Shown: piece by piece, positions 14,001 to 25,317 of the stretch
Layout: every line of letters starts with the position of its first letter
Numbering within the stretch: the first letter of the stretch is position 1
Assembly: GCF_052425735.1 (NCBI RefSeq)
Contig: NC_135759.1
Span: 43,152,001 to 43,216,000, forward strand
Length of the DNA stretch: 64,000 nt
Source: Oculina patagonica
Taxonomy: Eukaryota
Direction: 5' to 3'
Position numbers and translations under genes: made by a program
Notes under the pieces: model-generated
Database searches by the model: none
Told to the model about the DNA's origin: nothing
The model's input: the letters and a program-made list of their open reading frames with translations, nothing else

Positions 14001-17000
14001 AAAGTGCACATGTCAAGTACAATTTCCCCTCCTAAGCTCTATCTGGGACTCTGCACTATCTGACAACATGTACCTTAATATTCTTCACATTATGGGTTTG
14101 TGTTTTGTTTTAAAAGAACTGGGGTTATCAGAGCTCGTGAAGTTACTCTTTTAGAAGCAGTGGATACTGAGAAATGCCAGGTATGTTTAATAAGTGTGTA
14201 GATGCAGCGTATATACATTGTTGAAATATTTAAAAGGAGGGCTGTGATGCCAACATTGCTGCATGGTGTACACTTACTTTTAAGGCTTGTTTTCACTAAC
14301 AACAGATCAAGTCAGAGTCATAATGAGAGCTGCAAAGCATTACAATCTACCTTATTATAGGAAATTAACGCAAATTTCAAACATTCGCGTTAATTTAAGT
14401 CGCGTTAATTTTTGTTAACGTTAATTTCCGCACCGTTAATTAAGTGGAGCGTTACTTTCCATGACGTTAATTTCCATTATTTTGGCCCCAATTTCTCCGT
14501 TCAGTCCAGACGTTCTTAATTAACTCCAAGGAAAAAGCATTATTTCATCTGCCACTATCATTGATACTGCGAAGAACGCTCAAAGTGGAAAAAGCACCAT
14601 GAACATTGTTTTCGTTTAAAATTATACGCCTACAAGTGTTGAAATAAATTTGTTCCTGTTGTGTACGTCGCGTTAATTTCCTTCATTTTGAAATGTTACC
14701 CCATCTGTCGCGTTAATTTCCTTTATTGGGAAGTAATTTTTCCTTCAATTCGCGTTAATTTAAGTCGCGTTAATTTCAAATACCTTAATTAACACAAGCG
14801 TTAATTTCCTATAATAAGGTAAATCAGACTGACAGAGTGGTGAAAAGTTTATTTTTTATTTTTATTTTTTTAATTCCACTTATGACTTTGTTTGTTCTTC
14901 TGCTTCTGCTTGCAACTCCTACAATCTGGTTAATAAAGGATGAATCATAAGTGGAATCAATTGGAAATAGAAACATTCTTTTTTCTTCCAACTCTGGTTC
15001 CGCTGAGTCTTTGACTCTGTTTCGACATTGATTTACAATTTTCACCAGCAAGGTTGTTGGCGCTCTTATGTGTCTAATTATGACTCTGTTGCAAGTGAAA
15101 ACCAGCCTTTATAAGGAATTTATTCATACAGTATCACAAAAATGTGTTTCATCTTTCAATTGGCATTACAACTTCAACTTGGCAACAATTAAGGATTGTA
15201 ATGACTGTTGCGGAATTGGCTGTTGCATTTACATTCATGTACATTTGTGAACAGGGCCAAACATTTCAATATCGTCAATCAATTATTACATCTGGTCAAA
15301 TAGTTAACTTGAGTCAAGTGACTCAGTCTGCTTAATAAGAATTAATATACATTGTACTATAATGTATGTCTGCCAACCCCTAGCTGAAAACCACCACGCC
15401 ATAGCAGACAATAGCAAAATAATAAACTATCTGTGATCTTTATATTTTGTTCCAGGGGGTTGTTTCATCAATGAAAGAATCATTTGGATTTATTGAAAGG
15501 GCAGACAAAGTCAGTGAGGTGAGATTCTCTGTCATCTTTACCTTTCCTTTGTTATTATAATTACTGTTATTGAACATTGTTGTTGTTGTTGGTTTGTTAT
15601 TTTTAGTGTTATTCCTTCATGTTTAATTATATATTTTTTTGGTTTGGGCAGATTTTCTTCCACTATAGTGAATTCAGAGGGAATATTAATGAGCTCATGC
15701 TAGGAGATGATGTGGAATTTGGAATACAAGCGAGAAATGTAAGAACATTGTTAAATGTGCACTGTTGTGACACTGTGTAGTGAACATGTACATGCAATTT
15801 ATCCCATGCCATGAAGAATACAGCCTGTCAAAGGGCTGAAAAGCCATGGTTGCATATACTTACTTACTTATCCTCATCGGGCCCATAAGGATTCTTGAGG
15901 CCGTTTTTTTTTTCCTATCTGATAAAGTGGTTGCACGTTCCAACACCCAAATCTCAGGGTAGCTTTGGGTGTCACGAGGGAAGTCCCAGGCGACTGAATC
16001 AGGTTGCGGGGATCCTTGAGGCTTTGCCCCGCAGCTGTCATATGCGTGACACCAGAATTCCAGCTAAGAAAGCTATCATCGGGTAACTCGCATGTCGCCC
16101 GACAGCACCCCTGATGAGTTCGTCAATTTTCTTTTTGGTTTCTGTAATCATATATTTTTACAGGGTGCGGGGATTAGCCGCACGCCCAACCCCCAACCTG
16201 GAGGACCAGTGACTACCCTTTTGTCTGGCCTCTACCCTTTGACCTGCCCACCAAGGTTAGACCTGCTAAGGGAAGACCGGACGGTATAGTTCTCAAGGTC
16301 ATTGAGGCACGCAAGCTCCCCCACCAGGACAAGGCAGTAGTCTACGGGGAAGATCCCAGCATATAGATTAACTTTAAGAGAATAAGATCTCTGAGGCAGT
16401 CGCCATGGCTTTCATAAATTAATTGGTCCAGTAAATTGAGTTTGAAATATTTTAAATGAATATATCAAGGTATATCACAGAAAAGCATTGTATTTCTATT
16501 ATAATGATTTATTAACATTAAGAAAAATTAACCACTGCCTCGCGAATATGGAGGATGGGTGCCTGGGATACCCGGGAGGGCCTCCACTGAGGTCAGCCGG
16601 CCCTCCCCAGATAGGATAAAGCTGCCAAGGCTGGCAATCCCAACAAAACAGCCATGAGCCCCCACACACAGACACCCGTCACACTGATTAAATCAGCGGA
16701 AAAATAAATTTATAACTAATAAAAAGAAGCAGGAAAGGGAGGGAGGGAGGGGAAAAACTCGCAAAACATCCCTGAAAACCCTCCATTGAACGAAGACCTG
16801 ACACCACGCTGTAATGTCCGAGAACGCAACGCACTGAGCCTGACAAGAGCTAGTAACCGCTGACCACCAGGACAGCCGACTACCCACTCGTTGTGGTTAA
16901 CTTGGTTAAATTGCTTTATTTAACTTGGTTAAATCGCATTTAACCTCATTTAATGTTATGACTGATGTTTGCAAGTTAGGAAATACAACATTTACTTGTA

Positions 17001-20000
17001 ATGTAAACTAATTTTTACATTTCCCACAGCATGTGCATGACTTATTTCTATGGCTTTTGTATCTTTTGTATCTTGATTAGAGTTCTTACATTTGGGAGAT
17101 CATTTTCCTACTCTCATCTTTCAAATTCTGTTTTGCTGTCTTCATGCAAGTTGCCTGATTGTTTCATATAATATTATAGTCACGGCTTTTAATTAGACCC
17201 AGCACCTGCCAGAGCTGCGGCAGGTATTCTGCTGTGAATCACTGGCTAAAACGCATGCAGCCTCCTGGGGGAGGGGAGGAGATTTCAGTTTCTTACATTG
17301 TTCTCTAACAGTTGCACACATGGACAGCCACCTGCTTAAAATCTTTTTAAAAGCACTGTTAAGTAGTTTATCAGCACTTCTCAAATTTATTAATAATTCG
17401 TCAAATTGAAACAAAGAAAGTCCTAATTAACTGTGAAGGACTGGAGGTTTGGATATTCGGTCTTAATTAGCATAGATTTTTATGATTTAATTCTCCATTT
17501 CCTCTGTAGTTTTTGTTTTGATTGAGAAGATATATCAAACACTCAAGATGGTGTTTCATCGGCTACCCAAACACCTTTAATTTTTGTCAAAAATACTCAT
17601 GCTGCACGTTGTATTTTCAACTCTCGTCTCGGTGTTTGGATATCTTGATGAAACACTGTCTCTTGTGTTTGATATACAACTTGCAATTTTGTGTCTTTAT
17701 CCAAGTGAGATGCTAGCTATGAATCGCACTTAGATAATTATTAAGTTGTTGCTGTAGCCTATTTCTCACATAAATGTTATTCACATGCCATGTAGAGTAA
17801 AGAAGTTGCAGTGCGTGTGGAAAAGTTGCCTGAGGGAACCGTGAAGTTTGAAGATGTGAGCAGCGTGAGATATCAGGGAACTGTGGATCGGCCATTGAGT
17901 AAATCTGCTGCCAAGAGACAACATGATCCACTGCATGGAAAGATTGTCTACACTCTACCAGATAATGAAGATATCGAGGAAGAGATTGTCTTTTCTGAAC
18001 GGGACCTGCAGGGAGACTTTTCACTCAGAGCTGGAGATGTAGTGGAATTTAACATTGCAGTTGGTGGGTTGTAATAATGTTGCATTTAAATATGGACCAT
18101 ACTGTACTCCTGTGTTATTAGCCCCACTTTTAACCTGATTTTCAATACTTAGACATAATATTTCTGTTACTGTACACTGATTTGCTGAGCTCCTGTTGTG
18201 GAAATGGCTATATGTAATCACAGCACTCCAAAAATTATGTAGTTGCAGCCTTTTAATATCAATTTTGATCTAGTAAAATACAAGTGCAACTTTTCCTGTC
18301 CTTGTCACTGGTTGCACGTTCTGCTTGGAATTTTTCATTTATTTCTTCAATGTTGCAACAGTAGCCAAAACTGCTGTACATAGCAGATCTAGATAATATT
18401 TGCTGACTTGCAAACAGATTGGACACAGCCACCATGTTTGTTTTAATATGATATTTTTGGTGGTTGGTTAATGAACAAAATACATGCAGGGCTAAAAAAA
18501 GTGTCATCCAGGACAAGTAGACTTTCCTGCTGGGAAAGGAACTTTTCATGCTTACAGTACTGCGCAATGGGCAAGAACCAAACTGTAGACAAGTCATCTA
18601 CTGACTAAATCATAAAAAGTAAACTAAGACAAGCGTGTAGCTGCCCTGGCAAGCAAAATTTGAGAGCTGCTTACCTGAGGGGCAAGCTGGGATTAATTTT
18701 TTTTCCTTACATGTCCAGCTGTAATAACTTGTTTGCCAGTGAGTGTGATTGTGGTTCTTCTGAATCCATTCATTTGGTGCATTCATTGTACATTAGTGAC
18801 CTAATAATTTATTTGTTCTGTTGTTAAGATCGCCGTGACTCACTTAAAAGAGCTACAAATATCAGCTTGGTTGATGTAGCAGAACCAGATGACGGAGAGA
18901 CAAGAGAAATGGTAATGAGACACTCTCCAATAATTTTATTGTCGTCTCCAGAGCCACTTGTCCCTCTTAGCCGACTGAGCCTGGGGCACAAGGGACAAGT
19001 TACTCTGAGTGACCCAGGTTCAAATTCTTGAGCTGCCATCATTATGTGGGTTTAATTAATTGCTTGTCCCTGCTTGGAGGGTTTTTCTCCCTCCTCAAAA
19101 AACAACACTCTGAATTCAAGTTCAATCTGGTGTGTGTCCTGATTTGTAAGCCTTGTGGGCTCGCTAGAAGCTTAACAAATTAATAAGATATTTTTTTATG
19201 TATTGTTACAGTTGTACATGTAATTACTGTTGATTTGTAGCCAACTGATTGTGTTGAAACGTTTGTTCCATTAGGGTGTTGTTGCATCACTGAAGGAAGG
19301 CTTTGGATTCATAAAATGCTGCGACAGAGATGCCAGGATGTTCTTTCACTACAGTGAACTTCTAGACGCTGTATGTAACATTCAACAGTAATGATGCACC
19401 TTTAAAACAGTAGAATCCCGATTTTTTGAGACTCATTATTTCTCAAACAAATTTTTGTTGTGTTTGGATAGTATTTCTCTGTAATTTGTATCTGTGTTGC
19501 TTTAACATTAGGCACATCAGATTCAAGTTGGAGATGAAGTGGAATTTGCAGTGTCTGAGGTTAGTAGAGTTTAATCATTGCTTGTGGGGTTTGAGGGTTT
19601 TGAGTGTGCTTTTATCTATGAGTTGCAATGTCTAATGTATAGTATGAAAGCCTGGAACCTAGCTGTTGTCAAACTTGTATAGTATGACAGCTTTATCCCC
19701 TATAAAGAAGACCAGAAATCTAATATGAATTGACTAAAACAAGAACTGCATTACTGTTTGTCATTTTAGGACACATCATCCATTAAACGTCTACATGCAA
19801 TAAGGGTCAGAGCTGTACCAAAAGGAACAATTCAGATGGAGGTTAGTAGCTTGTGCTTCCTATCAGGTTTAAATCGTGGAACTATGTGGCTGTGACCTGT
19901 TTTGAAATTTTGAGAATCTCTAAAAATCTTAATCTTGTAAACAAAGAAACATTCATTCAGTAGCCTCTGCCTACAAGTTGTAACCTTACTGCCCCCGGTT

Positions 20001-22089
20001 GTTCAAAGGGTGGATAATGCTATCCACCGGATAAATCACTATCCAGTGGATATAGCGTGGTTTGTTTTGTCATCGCTTATCCGCTGGATAGCGTTATCCA
20101 CCCTTTGAACAACTGGGCCCTGGTGTATTGTAGTTAATAAGAGAGTAAAACATGTAGTCATCTAGGCCAGCATTTTAATGTTCAAAGCATGCACTAATCA
20201 CGGATTAGCGCATGGATATTTTTTTTCAGTTTTAAACTTTTCAGTTAAGTTACTATTTATATTTTTCTGTCCTCCAGTTTTGATGCCGCCTCATCTCAAA
20301 CGTTAAAACATAAGCTAAAAAAACACAATTATACAAGACATATTCAACCCTCATCAACTTTTAATCCCGCGTTAGTGTTGATCAGCTTTTGAACAACCTG
20401 GATTTAGAGAATATAGCCAATATATGGCCAGATTCTCAGAACTATACAAGAAATGTTTTTGGGGATAACAAGACTCAAAAAAGGTCTCACTGGTTTAGTC
20501 ATCTGGGACATGTGGGTTTTCCTGGCAGATGCTTGATTGATAAGCAAATGGCCAAGTAAGTCCTCTGCCAGCCATGGCCAAATTATTTAAAAGTTATCTG
20601 AGATAGGACTGCAACTGCCCAAGGTAAATAAAATTTGAGAGCTGCTTGTCCCACAAGCGAGCTGGAATTCAAAATTTTTCAGCGCTGTGATTAGTGTAAA
20701 AGATGTTGGTGAGCTTAAGTAGTCTGTGTAGTAGGTGTTCCCATTTACTATACCACTCTAACAGCTTATGTACTAGCTTCCAGGTCTATTTAGTACTGTT
20801 TTGTAAAATATGTATTTTATACTAAATTAAATTTTATATATTTCACAGAAAATTTCATCCCAAATATATGAAGGACGCATTGAGCGAGAGCCTTACTACA
20901 ACAGTCGCAGCCCAAGAAAGGATAGTTACAAGTAAGTGTCATCACAGACTCACTGTCCGTTATAATTATTGGGAAATTTAACCAGCCATATGTTATGATA
21001 TAAAATTATTGAGCACGCTACTGTGATGTCAATTTGAATTTGCAGAGCAAAATGTAAGTCACCTCTGAAAATTCGTAGTTTGCTTTGACATGATTCTTGA
21101 TAGGCTCAATAATATATTGTCAGGTTGTATCATCCTTTCTATCGGGGTTATCAAGGGTGTTTAATGGGTAGAAGCTTCCACCGCAAAATGCCCAGCCCCC
21201 CCCCCCCCCCAAAAAAAAAAATGTTGTTTTCATATATAAGTAACTATTTCTGAAAATTCATCCAGACTTGACAAGGCTAGTGAAGAAGTATTCCCTGTCT
21301 AAGGACAGTTATATTGTGTCTCAAAATGCACTGATTGCATCTCAGTGTATTTTCATTTCAAAAATTTCTGGGGGCATGCCCCCGGACCCCCTCGGAAGCT
21401 CAAGACCTTCGGCCACTTGGAACTTCTCCCCCAAATGATTAATCCCACATAGAACCCTGTCATGTATCAGTGCTTGTACAGTAATTTGTTTTCGTATTAT
21501 TTTGTAGGGAGAGCGAGTCTGGTCTGATCACCTGCTGTATCAATGGAGTTAGGGAATCATTGCCATTTGATTTAAACAGCTTTGAACTGAGAGGAGCTGC
21601 ACAGTATGGAGACCTGGTATTTAAATAGCAATACAGTGTTGTTAAATAATCAGAATTTTTACCATTACAGATATCAAAAATTGCTTCCATTTTGTTCCAT
21701 GGGGTAAAAACTACAGCAGTACCTCAAGATATTTTGGAGTATGGTTAACGATGTTGATGTATAATTTCGGCATTTGAATGGGTTTTTTTTGTCTTTCCTA
21801 CTGTTCAGGTGGAGTTTAATTTGTCAGAAAGTCAAAGAACTGGGTTTAGAAAGGCAGTTAATGTGACTGTGTTGAAAAGAAACAGTGAAATGCGACATAA
21901 GGTAAGAAAGTTATGTTATCAAAATTTACTTAAAGAGTAATGGCAAAACAGCAAAAAGCAATTTGCCTTTATTTCTCAAAGACAAACAGTACAGTGGGAA
22001 GGCAAAAATTAATGTACAATGTACACATACATCTAGATAAGTTGTGAAGCTTGGAGAAAACATGAATAATAATGATGATGACGACAACA

Positions 22090-22140
<51 letters not shown>

Positions 22141-22810
22141 TTGATGACAACTTTTATTAAAGTATCAATGGATTTAGCCTAAAACAAACTAACTGGGGAC
22201 ACTAATGGGATTTGAAGTTGTCAAAAAGTTGTTTGCAATAATTTAATCCAACAGCTTTACTGAAGCACAGTGTTGACAAATTAAACTGCAGTTGATGCAA
22301 ATCTTATTTTGTGTGTTGTTCACTTGTAAGGGATATGTTGCTACACTCAAGGAGAATTTTGGATTCCTGGAAACATCAGAACATGACAAGGAAGTGTTCT
22401 TTCATTACAGGTTTGTAAACGTGTATTACGTTATATATGCATTACAGCAAAGTGTGTGCTCTGATTGGCCACAAGTTTCTACCTGACCACTGAGCACAGA
22501 TCACGTTTGATAAACAGACTGAATATTATACAAAGTAGTATCAGTTAAAGGGATGATGGGACAAGATTAAAACAACAATGTGCATACTCTTCCACAGAAA
22601 GCTTTTTTTTTCAGTTAGAAATCCTCTAGGGTCCCCCTGTTGTTGTTGAAGACCATGAGGTAACATGATGTTGGCCATGTTGATGCTGTATGTTTTCTCC
22701 TCGGAAATTAAAGTATTGTATGGTCTTAAAGACTGAACCTTTTTGCTGACGTGCCGAACCTGGGACCAAGTGATTTAATAAACTAACTAATTGCTTGCCA
22801 GCTTGCTTGC

Positions 22811-22841
<31 letters not shown>

Positions 22842-25231
22842 ACAATTTACGCGTTAATTTCAGTGAATATGATGGCGATCCTAATGAGCTTATCCTTGGT
22901 GATGAAATGGAGTATGCTATCAAATGTAAGAATGGCAAAGTAAGTGCTGAGATGCTGGTAAAACTTCCTCAGGGGACCATTACTCAGGAGCAAATTCTAC
23001 CAGAAGTGTACTTGGGCAAAGTTTTGAGGTCTCTGCGGCGTGCTGATCCACAGGTACTGCAAACAAGATTAGTATTGGTAATCAAATGGTGACGAGTGAA
23101 ATTAGGAAATAATTTCACGCGCGTTTTGTCAAAATGCTAATAATTTCCCGAGCCTTTAGGCGAGGGAAATTATTAGCATTTTGACAAAATGCAAGTGAAA
23201 TTATTTCCTAATTTCACGAGTACACAATTTGATTACATTTTAATATCATAGGTGACAAATTACGCTTGCAATCGTAGGTTTTTGACTAGTAAATTGCATC
23301 GCGAACTCCGAGCTTTGAAAAGTTGAAAGCATACATTTTGCTCAAGTTCGCAAGTTTTTTTAGTCTTTGAAGAAAAGCTTTTAGAGATTTCTTTTTGCTG
23401 TTGACAAAAAAGTTTCAAAGATGAATCCATTGTCAATTATTTCTCACATTATGAAAGCAAAGGTGTTGATACCTTGCTTCAACTCATTTATTCATGACAA
23501 AACAATACCTTTAACTGTTGCTTGGAACTATAAATTTGCTATAAAAAGGTTAAGTCGCTGCTGTCACATTGAACTTTTCAGCAAGTAGAGTATGCTGGTT
23601 TGATTGAGCGTATTACCCGTGAAGACCAAGACAGTGAAGAAGAGAACGAGGTTGAGCAGGAGCCGGATAAAGAGTGTTCATTTACTGTTGAGTATGGCAT
23701 TACAAGTCTTGTGGATAAAAAGACTGTCCTTCAGTATGGAGATAAGGTAATTTATGTTCCCTACTGTCCCTCTCTGATTCCAAAATAAAGGCCCCCACTG
23801 CCTAGACACAAGAAACTTGCTGATAGTGGCTGTTAGCCAACTGTAAGCCCATCAGCTTTTGAGATTTCCCATATGATTTCCCTTGATTGTAAGATACAGT
23901 CATATTTCAAACCCAGCAGCTTCTGCAAAATGTCACTGAATATTTTGAGATGGATTTTATTTGTCAACTTAGCACAGGTTAGTCTTAACTGAGTTGTTGA
24001 AGCCATTTGCACCCAGATCTCTTGTCATTCATTTACAACCACGGGTTCTCACGCAGGCGCTCTTTGGCCCCGTCACACAGGAAAGAGTACGAAGGTCATT
24101 CTGCCCAAACAAGCACCCCAGAAATGTCTTTTGAACCAATATACTTAACGTTTTGTGTATTTGTTTTGGCACCTTAGGTTCGTTTTCAGGTGGGTGTCAA
24201 TAAACAAACAGGAAAGGAGATAGCCATGAAAGTAGTCAGTGTACGACAACGCGTGCGGTCGCGAGTTGAATCAGTCAAAGGCCAGGTGGGTGTTGTTTGT
24301 TTGTTTTCTCTTTCTCTGTTCTCTTAGCTGTGAGAATTTTGAATTTAGTTGAACTTTGATCAATAGCGGCACCCATAATGAAGTGAGTTCCAAATTGAGT
24401 TTTTGAAAGGCCAAACCTTTCGGGACTGTTGTCATTTCCACCTCGAACCGTGGGAACCCTGATCTAGTTCTACAAGAATTTATAAAAAGATTTTCACATC
24501 TGAAGCTTGTCTACACTGCTTTTCCTGATCAAGAATTCATCGATAATAAAAGGTCTTAATTTGGCTTTTCTGTTTGAGGCATTGTAACATACATACATTT
24601 ACAGGTGTCAAACGTAGCTCGCTGTGTGGTGGTTTCATTTTTGTTAATGAATTCATCGCTGACATGTTTTTCGTCCTCCTTTCTCAGTTTGGCTTCATTG
24701 CTTATGAAAACGAGGAAGGGAAAAACCTGTTTTTTCACATGAGTGAAGTGGAGGGTGAAGTGGAACTCCAGGCAAGTGTATAGTTCATTTGTTTTGGCTC
24801 TGTGTAGTCTTTGCTTAAGCGGGCATGTTTCCTTTTTACTTTCCCTTTTTTTTCGTCAACGTCTTGATGTCTTCAGGTCGTTTGTAACAACCTTTTTGTA
24901 ACAAACATTTTGAGTTTGAGTACTAGCTGCCTGAAATGAATGAAACAAGCTACAGACATGGCAGTAATCTTTATTCAAAAAGGTGACAGTATATAAATAG
25001 CGTCGGGTCCGCACTTTTCACAGGCCACGTAGTAACAGTTCTTCTTTTGCAGTATTCTGTAAACTAACGGCATCTGACCTTAATTATCCACTCTTAATTC
25101 ATTTAATACTTAACTTGCTTTTTCCCTCTGACCCTTAATAACTATTATTGTAAAAATCATTTTATTTGTTAGGTTAGGTTAGTTTAATTGGTAAATGTAG
25201 AGCTACTATGTAGAAATGTTACCAATAAAAC

Positions 25232-25317
<86 letters not shown>

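Noticed and set aside
21926-22150. Poly-Ser ORF
   Set aside because: Translation of a (GAT)n microsatellite inside a CSDE1 intron.
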